UHGV virus genome: UHGV-0038016
Length of the DNA: 64,000 bases
From: a virus
Direction: 5' to 3' (one strand)
A program made the translations under genes and the position numbers. Of the stretch, positions 31,550-41,551 are shown piece after piece. Numbering within the stretch: position 1 is the stretch's first letter; each line of letters starts with the position of its first letter. Under the pieces are notes generated by a model that did not search any database, was not told where the DNA came from, and was given only the letters and a program-made list of their open reading frames with translations.

Positions 31550-32611
31550 TTAAGAAAACATAGATACTGTTTTAGCTGTTACTATATTAGAATTTCCTTC
31601 TTCATCTGTAAACATTATAGTAATTATGTTCCCAATTTTCGTTCCTTTTACATCGACCTCGTATTCATCTACCTTATTAAAGGTTGCGCCAGAAATTTCC
31701 CATGTTCCTTTAACTTTTTCAGACGTCTCTTCATTAATTGCATAAACTCTGCTAACTAATTTTTCTTTAATCTTAGCAGGTGCAACAATACGAATTTTAT
31801 TTTCTTTAGGTTCTTCTTCGTTAGGAGCGAAATCAATTTTACCATTAGGAATTAAAGCTACCATATCATCTGTTACTGGATTGTTGAAATCTTCAACGCA
31901 TGAAAAACGTAAAATATTAGGGTTAGAAATGTCATCGATTACTTGAATTCTCCAACATCTTCCTTTAATATTTATTTTATCATACCTTGTTAAATCACTA
32001 ACATCTTTAGGACTATTAGATCCCATCCATATTTCTACAGTATCATTTTGACGACCTACAATAGTATTTCCTCTAGTTTGTTCATATTTAGCACGAGTTT
32101 CAATGGGTCCTTGAACTGCAGCCCACTGTTGCTGAATTTGTCCATGTTCATTTTTCCATCTAATCACATGTTCAGCTTTTTGGATCTCTCCTCTGAAAAA
32201 TTCATTGATATTATAATCTTGCCATGTAATTAACCATCTAATCCCAAGTCTTTGCCAAGTTACTGTATTACCTACTTCAAAACCGACCCCATTCAAAGCA
32301 TTAATATATTTAATATCTTGTTGCCAATTATCTTTTTGGTTTTTAAGTATAACCTTCCAAACGTCAGTGTCGCCTTTCTCCCATACTGTAAACAATTCTG
32401 TTCCTTCTGCTGAATCTAACGCTTGTTGGAAACTTTTGTCTAGCATATTTAATTTTAAACTACTATCCATACGTTTTCTGGCATTATTTAAACAGTCCCA
32501 GGCAGTATTTGTATCTACAGGATCACTAGGTTTAACTTGATAACCACTCTCTATTCGATGGTCATGATTATCTTTTGCTTTGTTTGCTTTTCCAATATCA
32601 GTGATCTTCAT
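31550..32611 (-). CDS. hypothetical structural protein (353 aa)
   Basis: ORF from the track in the connector region. Confidence 0.4.
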   Translation of the reverse strand: MKITDIGKANKAKDNHDHRIESGYQVKPSDPVDTNTAWDCLNNARKRMDSSLKLNMLDKSFQQALDSAEGTELFTVWEKGDTDVWKVILKNQKDNWQQDIKYINALNGVGFEVGNTVTWQRLGIRWLITWQDYNINEFFRGEIQKAEHVIRWKNEHGQIQQQWAAVQGPIETRAKYEQTRGNTIVGRQNDTVEIWMGSNSPKDVSDLTRYDKINIKGRCWRIQVIDDISNPNILRFSCVEDFNNPVTDDMVALIPNGKIDFAPNEEEPKENKIRIVAPAKIKEKLVSRVYAINEETSEKVKGTWEISGATFNKVDEYEVDVKGTKIGNIITIMFTDEEGNSNIVTAKTVSMFS

Positions 32612-32618
32612 TTATTAA

Positions 32619-32933
32619 CTACCTCCTTTCTTTTTTCCAGTCCTCCAAGAGCGAGATAATTTCAAATACTGTTTTTCTATATAGCATGAAATCATTTTCA
32701 TTTTCAAGCCCAGCTAGTTTAGCCATAATTGTTATAGCAACTACTTCCTCTTGGGGAGATAAATTAATTATTCCTCCCATTTCCAATAGAATAGTTTGTA
32801 ATTGTTTTTCCCACTCGCCATTTTCTTCTTTGAGAGGTAGTAATTTAAATACTTGATTTTTCTTTTGTTTAATATATATTCCCCATGGTACTTCATTAAT
32901 ACCAAAGCCATTTTTAAATTCTGTATTAGTCAT
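32619..32933 (-). CDS. hypothetical head-tail connector protein (104 aa)
   Basis: ORF from the track. Overlaps the next gene by 8 nt (translational coupling). Confidence 0.4.
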   Translation of the reverse strand: MTNTEFKNGFGINEVPWGIYIKQKKNQVFKLLPLKEENGEWEKQLQTILLEMGGIINLSPQEEVVAITIMAKLAGLENENDFMLYRKTVFEIISLLEDWKKERR

Positions 32934-33501
32934 GACGTTTTACAACTCCTAACTGTGTGATAATAATATCTCGAGCACGTGGACCAACTCCAGAAAGATT
33001 ATCCGCATTAGGAACAATGTAACCATCTTTATCAATTTTACGTTTAGAGTATAAATTCAATTTATGTTTAATACGTTTTTGTTGGTCTAAAATAACTGCA
33101 TTTAATCTTTGCATATGTGCTGCTTGTGAAGTTTGTTTGAAATCAGATGTAGAATATCTCATTTGAATAATACGAGTTGTATTTAATTGACGTCTTAACC
33201 AGTTTAATAACATAATTTCAGCAATAATATCTTTTTCTTCATTGGTTAAAGTATCAACAAAAGCCCCTGTTACAACTGGATTCCCTTCTTCATCTAAAGC
33301 ATCAGAGGTGACAATATCTGGATCATATAATCCAATTCTAAATCTTGGGTAACTATATTCTGGTAAGGAATCCATAAAAATAGATTCAATAATTCTTAGA
33401 GTGTCTTCAAGACTTAATTCTAAATACATATCATCAGTGATTTTATCTAAAAAACGACAATAAATTTCAAAAAAACTTGTTCCAACTTGTTGATTCTCCA
33501 T
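32926..33501 (-). CDS. hypothetical head completion protein (191 aa)
   Basis: ORF from the track. Confidence 0.4.
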   Translation of the reverse strand: MENQQVGTSFFEIYCRFLDKITDDMYLELSLEDTLRIIESIFMDSLPEYSYPRFRIGLYDPDIVTSDALDEEGNPVVTGAFVDTLTNEEKDIIAEIMLLNWLRRQLNTTRIIQMRYSTSDFKQTSQAAHMQRLNAVILDQQKRIKHKLNLYSKRKIDKDGYIVPNADNLSGVGPRARDIIITQLGVVKRHD

Positions 33502-33562
33502 TTCCTTTTCCTCCTAAAAAAATGACTGGCTCGTAAGCCAGCCATTCTATTTTATCTTATTT

Positions 33563-34237
33563 TTATGTTCTGCGCTTACGACCTGAGCTTGCTGTTCCAG
33601 TCTTTGTTTTACTTTCTGCTCGTTTTCCAGTTGAACGACGTCCTGCGCTTCTTGCAGCAGTATTAGTTTTAATACCTTTAATCGTTTGGTATTGTAATCG
33701 TCCAGCATCTTCGTCTCCAGCAGCCCATTTAACGTTTTCTTCAAGGGCATCAATATTAATTTGTAGAACTTGTCCAATAAAATGACGACGTTTAGAACTA
33801 TCTACATTAATAGCTTCTTCTTTAATCCATTCTGCAATATAATAAGGACCGAATTCTAGCATATCTAAGATTTCATCTTCTGTACCTTTTTGCACAATAT
33901 TAGCTACAGTTTCTCGATCATATTCTACTTCTGGAGTATCTTCTGCTAATGGTAATCCTAAAGCTTGACGGGCATCATTGCTATCAATTTTTAGATTGTC
34001 CCAAATTAATTGCATACCTCCAGGCATATTACTTAAAGCATAAAGTTCTCCGAATGGAATATTTTTAGTATCTGGTCGCTGACCTTCTTGAAATTGACGA
34101 AAATCTCTTGTTACTCCAATTTCTTCAATAATATAAGCAACTCTTTTTCGCCCCATGTTTGAGACAGGAATCATTGTATCCCCTTTTAATCCCTCGACAA
34201 GATAACTAAAATCAATAGTTAGGTATGAATTATTCAT
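33563..34237 (-). CDS. hypothetical head protein with basic C-terminal tail (224 aa)
   Basis: C-terminus RSAGRRSTGKRAESKTKTGTASSGRKRRT. Directly downstream of the capsid gene. Confidence 0.4.
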   Translation of the reverse strand: MNNSYLTIDFSYLVEGLKGDTMIPVSNMGRKRVAYIIEEIGVTRDFRQFQEGQRPDTKNIPFGELYALSNMPGGMQLIWDNLKIDSNDARQALGLPLAEDTPEVEYDRETVANIVQKGTEDEILDMLEFGPYYIAEWIKEEAINVDSSKRRHFIGQVLQINIDALEENVKWAAGDEDAGRLQYQTIKGIKTNTAARSAGRRSTGKRAESKTKTGTASSGRKRRT

Positions 34238-34366
34238 ATTTATTTCTCTCCTTTTTCTCTGTTCTAATCTATTTAGAACTAACTAAAGTATACTTAAACA
34301 AATATGCCCCAAAAGAGCAAAAGAAAAGGCCCGAGTTTTAAACTCGAACCTCTTTGGACGTTTATA

Positions 34367-35464
34367 TTAAACCAAACGTGTATATGTTGGTGTAACAGCG
34401 CCTTCTGTTTCTTGAATAATTGGTCCGTTAACTACAGGCCATTCATTAAGAGCAGTGTTTTCATAGATACAGATAGCTGGGTTAGCCATCAACATAGTAC
34501 CCATTTTTTTGTAGAAGTGCATTTCTTTAGACCAGTCATCTAAATCTACTTCTTTAGTTTGCATTCCGCCTTCAAAAGCAATTTTAACTGGTTTGTTGTC
34601 TACATCTGGAAGGATCCAAGCCATACCTAATGGTAATGTTACTGCTTCTGCTTCGTTTGTTTCGTTGTAGAAGCTATGTGGTAGTACAACAATGTTAGCG
34701 CCTTTATAGTTTCCGATGAAACCATTACGGTTATATTCTTCTTTCATTTTTTCTGTTGCTAAATGTCCTTCAGGGATCATTTCAGCAGCAAATACATATG
34801 AAGTAAAGATTGTTGGTGTTGCATAAGCACTTGAAATACCAAGTAATGCTGCAAAACGACGTGGGCTCCAACCAGCTACACTATAGATGTTATTAGCAGG
34901 TAAAATTGTATTAGAGTTCAATGCTACCATATGGCGTAGAATTTCTTTATAAAGAATTTCTTCATAGCCTTCAGTAATGCATTGGATTAATTCTGCAAAG
35001 TCAATACGTCCTTCTAAGAATTCTTCTAAATCCAATCCTACAGCAGCACCATAAGCTGTTGTTGGCATATCGAATACTTCTCTGTCTAGACGGAATACTT
35101 CGTATAGACCAGCATGAGCAACTTGTGTCACAAAGTTACGTCCACGGACATTACCTTTACGACGTTTAAATGTTACTTTGTCTCCATCTGCAACATTTTT
35201 AATTTCTGCGAAACGATTCATTGAATCAAATACTCGTTTAGGTAGCAAATCATCAACTACTTCTGATAGTAAAGCATAAACTAATTCACGGTTAGCTGTG
35301 AAACGGTGTCCACCATTTCCCATTAAACTATTCATTTCTTCACGAAGAGCTTCATTCAATGTATGAGAATCATATGATTTATCTGAGAATTCAATAGATT
35401 CTCCAGTTTGAATATCTGCTGCTTGGAACATTAAAGTTCTAATTTGTTCAGGTTTTAAATTCAT
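34367..35464 (-). CDS. major capsid protein (365 aa)
   Basis: Position after the scaffold/protease and decoration-like genes. Size and alpha+beta composition are typical of HK97-fold capsid proteins. Followed by a hairpin terminator at about 34320-34350. Confidence 0.6.
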   Translation of the reverse strand: MNLKPEQIRTLMFQAADIQTGESIEFSDKSYDSHTLNEALREEMNSLMGNGGHRFTANRELVYALLSEVVDDLLPKRVFDSMNRFAEIKNVADGDKVTFKRRKGNVRGRNFVTQVAHAGLYEVFRLDREVFDMPTTAYGAAVGLDLEEFLEGRIDFAELIQCITEGYEEILYKEILRHMVALNSNTILPANNIYSVAGWSPRRFAALLGISSAYATPTIFTSYVFAAEMIPEGHLATEKMKEEYNRNGFIGNYKGANIVVLPHSFYNETNEAEAVTLPLGMAWILPDVDNKPVKIAFEGGMQTKEVDLDDWSKEMHFYKKMGTMLMANPAICIYENTALNEWPVVNGPIIQETEGAVTPTYTRLV

Positions 35465-35486
35465 TTTTCCATTTCCTCCTATCTAA

Positions 35487-36104
35487 TTACGCGCCTGTAG
35501 CTGCTGGATTTACTTCAACGATAGCAAGTTTTGCTGCAACTTGTCCATCAGCCATTGTTGTTTTTTGAACTACTTGTGCAATAACAACGTTTAAAGTTCC
35601 TGCTGTAGATAAAATACCTTTATCATTTAATTTTAATGTTGTTCCTACTTCTGGAAGTTCACCATCAGCAGTTTCGATTAAATTAGTAGTAAAGATATCA
35701 CCAGGCGTTGGGAAAATCAAACGAGGGATAACTGTAGCTTTTGGAGCTTCTTTTTTGTCATAAATTGGTGCTTGACGCATTTGGTTAATAGAAGGGTTTA
35801 CTGTAAATAAAGCAAAATCTTTATTTGAAGTATATTCGCTATATAATTTAACCTCACTATATACCAAACCAACATTTTTACTTTGCGCTGTTGGCAATTC
35901 TAATTGACCAGTTTTTAGATTTCCTTCAAAACCTGTGCCATAAACTGCATCTAAGAACATACCATTTTCAATACGGTCTCCGCTAGATTTAACAACCTCT
36001 GGTTTGACAGGTAGGTCTGCTAAAACTCGACCAGCTCGGATACCTTGAATACGGTTTTTCTCAACTTGTCCGTAGCCGACTTTTTTTAATAATTGTTGTG
36101 CCAT
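35487..36104 (-). CDS. hypothetical head protein (decoration/minor capsid-like, 205 aa)
   Basis: ORF between the scaffold and capsid genes. Confidence 0.4.
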   Translation of the reverse strand: MAQQLLKKVGYGQVEKNRIQGIRAGRVLADLPVKPEVVKSSGDRIENGMFLDAVYGTGFEGNLKTGQLELPTAQSKNVGLVYSEVKLYSEYTSNKDFALFTVNPSINQMRQAPIYDKKEAPKATVIPRLIFPTPGDIFTTNLIETADGELPEVGTTLKLNDKGILSTAGTLNVVIAQVVQKTTMADGQVAAKLAIVEVNPAATGA

Positions 36105-36213
36105 TTTCTATTTCCTCCTTATTTTTGAAATATTGCTTGGTTTACTCATTTTCAAATGAAAATAAGTAAACCTTGATTGCAATATTTTGATAGAAATAAT
36201 TTCCTATTTTAAA

Positions 36214-38493
36214 TTAAAAACGTGAACGTTTATTTTTCTTAGAAACTTTTTCTAAGAAAAGCGCTAAACTATCTTCTTCATCTAACGCATCTAGTTCAGT
36301 TTCTTCTGATTCAAGTGAAAATTGAATACCTTCACCAGACTCTTTTTGACCACCATGAGCTTCTTTAAATTCTCGGTGTTGTGCTAATGCTGCTTGAGCT
36401 TCAACTTCTTCTAAAGTTAACTCATCAAATTTAGCACGAATTTTATCTTTTCCTTCGTCAGAAAGACTAAATTCTAACAATAAGTTTTCTTTTGCTTCAC
36501 GTTCAGCTTTTAGTTTAAATTGTAGTAATGTTTCATTTTGTTGACGAAGATTTTCGTTTTCAACTGTTAATTGTTGATTTTCTGCAATAATAGCTTTAAA
36601 ATCTAAACTATAGTCTAATTTTTTCTTTTTCTTTTCTTCTTCTTCTGATTCTTCAACTACAGTTTTATCTTCTGGTGTAGATTTTTCAGATTTTTCTTCT
36701 GCCTGTTCTGGTGCTGGAGAAGTTTCTCCACCTTCATCAGTTGCTCCACCATCGGTAACTTCAATAGTTTTATCAGCTTTAACAACTTCTTTACCATCTT
36801 CTTGAAGAGTTTCTTCATCTGTCATATCTTCGCCTTCAGCAGCTAGTTCTGAATCAGGTTTATCAGATTTAACATCAATTTCTGGTTCTGTAGCATCTGC
36901 AGGAGTACTTACTGTTTCAGTACCTAAGTCTTCTTCAGTTGTTTCTCCTTCGACTGTTACATCTCCACCTTCTGGTAGTCCTTCTGGCACAGCTGTTCCC
37001 AACATTTCTTGTAGTTTAGTACGCATTTCATCTGCGGCAGCTACACGTTCAATAAGATAATCAAATAATTCATCATCGCCAACATCAGATAGTAAAGCGC
37101 TCGTACGTTTATCTTTAGCGGTTTCACGTTCTTCTGCAATTGTAGCAGCGGTTGCTCCTTGAGGGTCTTCTTGTACTTCCTCTCCAGGCTGTCCTGTTTC
37201 TTCCTCAACTGTATCTGCTTGAACTCCCGTTGCTTCTGGTTCAACTGTTGTCTTCTCTGGTTCAGCAACTGTCTGCTCTGCTCCAGGCTGTCCTCCAGGT
37301 TGAACTTCTTTGCTGGGTTGGTCTTCTTCTTGACTCACAGGTTCTTTTGTTTCTTCTACCTGCTTAGTTTCAGCAGTTTTGTCTTCAGGATTAACTTCAG
37401 TTTCTACTTTTGTTTCCTTTTCTACAGGTTCTTGAGTAACTGGATCTTTTTTAATTTCCTCTTCTTTTTTCTTTTTGATATCCAATTCCTTTTCCTCCTC
37501 TTTTTCGTCTTCATTTTTTTTCAATAAAGAATTACTTGCTTTTTTATAATTGAGGTTTTCTACACTAACGATACCATCTTTATAACCTGGTTGACCTTGT
37601 AGTCCACGATGAGCTGCCTCTGTTACAGGGATTATATCAGCTTCACGTTTCATATCAATTTCTGCGTCAACTAAACCTGAAATAGCATCATCAATTCTAT
37701 TTCTAGCCTCTTCGTCCTCAACTAAATCAGCTGCTTCATCTAATAAATCAACAGCCTCAGTAATCTTTTCACGATTAACCTTGTCTCTCTCTTCTCCATC
37801 TGTATCGACTACAAGAGGAGTACCAAGAGCAGAATCATCAAAGTTATTATCTAGGGCAAATTTTAATGCGTCCATAAGTTCATCTACTCCTTCTTCTACT
37901 TTATCTTCCTGTTCTGTTAATGGTTGATAAGAGAAATTAACTCCTTCAATAGAGGCATCAGCGAAAGCAGGCGTAACATCATTTCCAAGTATACATAAAC
38001 CAACAAAAGCAGTCTTAGTAATTTCCATAATTCTGCCCTTTTGGTGCATAATTGTATTTTCAAAACTTAATTCCATTGATTGAGGACGCCCATCTAATGC
38101 ATCAATTAATTCTGCATATCGGCTTGTCCATAAATAGCCATAAGTTACTAAATAGTTGTCTTCGTCCCAATAAATAATAGGATTTTCTGGAATTACACCT
38201 ACTGCTTGTGTATCGGCTGTGGTTACATATTCTCCTAATTGATTATATACTGCTTGGGTTCCATGCTCACCAAAATCTCCTTTATATTGATTATAATAAG
38301 CAACAATTGGTGTTAGACCTAAGCTTGTTTTTGCAGCATCTTCTAATACTGCTTTAGGAATATCATATCCATTTCTATTAATTCCTGACTGTGCAATTTT
38401 AATTTTAACCTTAGAAAGCATTGGATTTTCTTCAATTGCAACAGGTTCTAAGAATTGAATATCTGTAAAAAATAATAGTCTTTCATCTTTCAA
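36214..38493 (-). CDS. putative prohead protease-scaffold fusion protein (759 aa)
   Basis: Globular N-terminal ~200 aa, followed by a very acidic low-complexity E/K/T/P-rich region and C-terminal coiled coil typical of scaffolding proteins. Located between the portal and capsid genes. Confidence 0.5.
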   Translation of the reverse strand: MKDERLLFFTDIQFLEPVAIEENPMLSKVKIKIAQSGINRNGYDIPKAVLEDAAKTSLGLTPIVAYYNQYKGDFGEHGTQAVYNQLGEYVTTADTQAVGVIPENPIIYWDEDNYLVTYGYLWTSRYAELIDALDGRPQSMELSFENTIMHQKGRIMEITKTAFVGLCILGNDVTPAFADASIEGVNFSYQPLTEQEDKVEEGVDELMDALKFALDNNFDDSALGTPLVVDTDGEERDKVNREKITEAVDLLDEAADLVEDEEARNRIDDAISGLVDAEIDMKREADIIPVTEAAHRGLQGQPGYKDGIVSVENLNYKKASNSLLKKNEDEKEEEKELDIKKKKEEEIKKDPVTQEPVEKETKVETEVNPEDKTAETKQVEETKEPVSQEEDQPSKEVQPGGQPGAEQTVAEPEKTTVEPEATGVQADTVEEETGQPGEEVQEDPQGATAATIAEERETAKDKRTSALLSDVGDDELFDYLIERVAAADEMRTKLQEMLGTAVPEGLPEGGDVTVEGETTEEDLGTETVSTPADATEPEIDVKSDKPDSELAAEGEDMTDEETLQEDGKEVVKADKTIEVTDGGATDEGGETSPAPEQAEEKSEKSTPEDKTVVEESEEEEKKKKKLDYSLDFKAIIAENQQLTVENENLRQQNETLLQFKLKAEREAKENLLLEFSLSDEGKDKIRAKFDELTLEEVEAQAALAQHREFKEAHGGQKESGEGIQFSLESEETELDALDEEDSLALFLEKVSKKNKRSRF

Positions 38494-38507
38494 TTTTTAT
38501 TTCCTCC

Positions 38508-40085
38508 TTATCCTCCAGCATTTTGAATTGTTTTCTCAGATTTTTGTGAATCTGGCAATGGTGGTCTACCACCGCTGCTCGAACCTGAAGAATTAGATTT
38601 TCCTGATGCTGTGTGTGATGATTGTAATGGTTTCATAATACTTCCTAGGTTTAAAATAGAATTTTCAAAGATAGGTGAAGCCATAATATCTAGTTGTGAT
38701 TGACCTAGCGAAAGAGCTGGTAATAATTTTGAATATCCTAAAGTTGCCATATCTTTATATTTTGTAGATAATTCATTACGATTATTAATTGTAATTGGTG
38801 GAAACCAAAGTGATGTATCAAACATATCATCATCATCTTCCAAGAACTCATTATCTAATAGAAAATTTAACCAATTTTGATATTTTTCAACAAGAGTAAA
38901 CATCATAGCTTCATCAATATTTACAGATTTTTCTAAAGCCATATTACCTTCTGTAGAGAATAATTGTGGTGAAACACCAAGTTCTGCATAGATAGATTTA
39001 GTCCAAGGCTCAAAATCAATCGGATCAGCAGCAGCCTCATTTAAGTTCACATTTTGGATTTCTCCAAGAGTAGTAAGTAAGTCTGTTTGGTTACTGTTCT
39101 CAAAGATTTTTTTGGCACTTTCGTGGAAAGCTTGCATTTCAGGTAATTCTAAGATAGGTTCTCCATCATCTAAGAAGCCAAATTTTTGAACTACTAAGTT
39201 ATATAGTTCATTTTCAGCTTTTTTCTTTTCAATTCCTTTTAGTTCCATTACATCTAAAATAGCAAAAAAACTATTAGCTAATACAGGTTGTAGTGAAGGG
39301 CTAAAATAAAAAGCTGTACAATTATCTGGATTTAACAAGATCCATGTACCAGAATTGGTTAAACTTTGATTTTGACGTCTCTTAGAACTGTTTCTCCCTC
39401 GATGATTATCATTTTTCCAAATATTGTATTCACGTACAATTTCTGGCGGGAAGTTATTTAATTTAATAGCTTTTTCTTCTTCTGTTCCAAATTGTTCAAA
39501 ATAATCTAAATTAAATTCTACTGTAGGGAATCCATTTAGAACACTTCTAGTTCTACAATAGGATGTTGGCAATTTTTGAAAAACTGCCTGTTTCCCTCTA
39601 CGTCTAAAATATACATAAGCTACTCCATCTACAATAACATCTAAGGAAATTGATTGTAGGGACTGCTTTAATTTTGCTTTTTCTAAGAACAATAGTTGAT
39701 TAACAACTTCTCGTACAATAGTATCTTCATTAATGTTTGTGCCTACTACACGAGGAGTAATCATATAATCATAAGTTGGAAGGTAAGCTAAATATTCAGC
39801 CGCACGAGAATATACACCAGAAACTCTATAAAAATGTCTTGACAAAGTTTTAATGCCTTTAACATCTTTTCGTCTAAAAGCTTTATCCAAAGCTTTACGA
39901 ATGTCGTCAGTTGTTACAAATGATTCTCCTAATTCTGAAGTATAAGACCCGAAGCCAAAATTAGTGAAGCTTCTGTCAGCATAATAAGAAAAATCTACTG
40001 AAGGTTTTTTATTTTCGTAAAGTTTTCTTTCTTCTTTTTTGACTGGAGTTGGCTTTCTTCTCTGTCTTTTTGATTTGTCCAACAT
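38508..40085 (-). CDS. portal protein (525 aa)
   Basis: First large gene downstream of the terminase. Its size and position upstream of the protease/scaffold gene are canonical. Confidence 0.65.
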   Translation of the reverse strand: MLDKSKRQRRKPTPVKKEERKLYENKKPSVDFSYYADRSFTNFGFGSYTSELGESFVTTDDIRKALDKAFRRKDVKGIKTLSRHFYRVSGVYSRAAEYLAYLPTYDYMITPRVVGTNINEDTIVREVVNQLLFLEKAKLKQSLQSISLDVIVDGVAYVYFRRRGKQAVFQKLPTSYCRTRSVLNGFPTVEFNLDYFEQFGTEEEKAIKLNNFPPEIVREYNIWKNDNHRGRNSSKRRQNQSLTNSGTWILLNPDNCTAFYFSPSLQPVLANSFFAILDVMELKGIEKKKAENELYNLVVQKFGFLDDGEPILELPEMQAFHESAKKIFENSNQTDLLTTLGEIQNVNLNEAAADPIDFEPWTKSIYAELGVSPQLFSTEGNMALEKSVNIDEAMMFTLVEKYQNWLNFLLDNEFLEDDDDMFDTSLWFPPITINNRNELSTKYKDMATLGYSKLLPALSLGQSQLDIMASPIFENSILNLGSIMKPLQSSHTASGKSNSSGSSSGGRPPLPDSQKSEKTIQNAGG

Positions 40086-40190
40086 GAATTATATTCCTCC
40101 TTTTCTCTATTTTATCTCTTGGAAAATGAAATCTTTCCTTATAAAACTATATATTAAAGACCGATATTATGCAATATCGGCCTCTAGTTT

Positions 40191-40559
40191 TTATATACCT
40201 GCTTTTTCCAAAAGATATCCAATATCAACAATTTCAAGTTCCCAATATGGAATTTCTACTAATGGGATGCCATGATTATGACAATATAAACGTTTTTGAT
40301 GATCGTTGTATTGTTGACGTTTAAATTTATTTTTTCCTCCAAAAGCAGCAACTGGTTCATAATGTTGCTCACCATTGACCTCTATAGCAAAATCTATATT
40401 TCCATCGTCGTCCATTACCATAAAGTCAAAAGCTAATTGGCGGCCGCTAGAAGCGACTAAATCAGGAAAACTGTATTCTTCTTCCCAATTAAAACCGTTT
40501 TCTTCTAAAATATGACGAATTCTTAAATGCCCCCTACTTACTCCAGAAAATGTACTCAT
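40191..40559 (-). CDS. free-standing Vsr/DUF559-like (PD-(D/E)xK) endonuclease, putative homing endonuclease (122 aa)
   Basis: DFAIEVNGEQH motif and C-terminal GIPLVEIPYWELEIVDIGYLLE resemble the DUF559/Vsr-like endonuclease signature (IExDGxxH ... G(Y)xVLRFWxxEV). Inserted between terL and the portal gene. Has its own SD (agaggtgg). A hairpin at about 40150-40190 lies downstream. Confidence 0.45.
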   Translation of the reverse strand: MSTFSGVSRGHLRIRHILEENGFNWEEEYSFPDLVASSGRQLAFDFMVMDDDGNIDFAIEVNGEQHYEPVAAFGGKNKFKRQQYNDHQKRLYCHNHGIPLVEIPYWELEIVDIGYLLEKAGI

Positions 40560-40576
40560 TGTTCCACCTCTTTTCG

Positions 40577-41551
40577 TTAGTTAAAGAATGCAAAGTTAGC
40601 AAGACTACTTTTCTTCTTATTCCGTTCTTTATCCTCTTGTAACTTAATTACATAAATTGCATACATTAAGGATGAAACCTTATCTTTACCCATTCCTTTA
40701 TTAATTCTATCTAAGCTAAATTTAGTACTATTATTTTCAGGTCTAGTTAAATTCATCATTTCATTCTTTAGCGTAGACGTTAATACAAAAGGTCTAATAG
40801 CATCAGCTTTTTGTCCTGCTGACATTGTTTTATATGCTTTTTTACTTTCTAAATCACCTTTTGCATCACGCTCATTTTGTAAATATCGAATTTTACCAGA
40901 ACCCATTTGTTGAAGTAGTGCAGTATAACCCTCAAAGTTTAATTCTGAATCGGCTTTAACAATCCATAAAACTTTACCATAGCTATCGCCATGATTATCA
41001 ATTTTTTTATAAAGACCTTTATCATCATTGACAACCTCAAAAGCAGAAAAACTTTCTCCTGTTTTACTATCCGAAGAAGGCATGACTAAATAGTCGACTA
41101 ATCCAATCCCTAAACCATTACCATCGACTACAACATAACGAGGCATATAATTTAAATATTGACGTTTGATTTCATTAGCTTGAATCCCAAAATGCTCCGA
41201 TTCAATAACAATCATATTAACTACAGATTTAATTCCTACACCATTACGCTGAGGATTTACCTTAACTACTGTAATAACAGTTTGCCAACCATTACGACCT
41301 ACATCGACTCCAAGCACATAATAAGCTTCATCATTTCCTCGACCACTTCTTGTAAATTCAGCCTGTTTTAAAATTCTACATCTATCAAAAACGTCTCCAT
41401 TATAGAATGATTCTGTCGCAGAACCAGCCCAAACAGATTCATATTCTCGGTTAAATGATACTTCGTCAAAAGTACCATCAGACTTTAAATCATTGACAAA
41501 ACCTGGATCTAATAATCCCATTTTAACAGGAGTTCTCCAAGTTCCTCCCAT
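40577..41551 (-). CDS. terL: terminase large subunit, C-terminal (nuclease) exon; reading frame stays open upstream to about 41644
   Basis: NREYESVWAG and YYVLGVDVGR...VVDGNG match the RNase H-like nuclease domain of large terminases. No stop codon occurs for 31 codons upstream of the annotated Met, consistent with a 3' exon that follows an intron. Confidence 0.7.
   Translation of the reverse strand: MGGTWRTPVKMGLLDPGFVNDLKSDGTFDEVSFNREYESVWAGSATESFYNGDVFDRCRILKQAEFTRSGRGNDEAYYVLGVDVGRNGWQTVITVVKVNPQRNGVGIKSVVNMIVIESEHFGIQANEIKRQYLNYMPRYVVVDGNGLGIGLVDYLVMPSSDSKTGESFSAFEVVNDDKGLYKKIDNHGDSYGKVLWIVKADSELNFEGYTALLQQMGSGKIRYLQNERDAKGDLESKKAYKTMSAGQKADAIRPFVLTSTLKNEMMNLTRPENNSTKFSLDRINKGMGKDKVSSLMYAIYVIKLQEDKERNKKKSSLANFAFFN

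Noticed and set aside
33547-33777. 76-aa ORF nested in-frame at the 3' end of 33563-34237, and other nested ORFs (28991-29209, 29792-30007, 1921-2118)
   Set aside because: These are internal or alternative-frame ORFs within larger well-supported genes, without independent translation signals.
37041-37527. Three overlapping ORFs (75, 71, 122 aa; one F/L/C-rich) inside and antisense to the scaffold gene
   Set aside because: They are frame artefacts of the low-complexity GAA/AAG-rich scaffold coding sequence. They have no ribosome-binding site and implausible composition.
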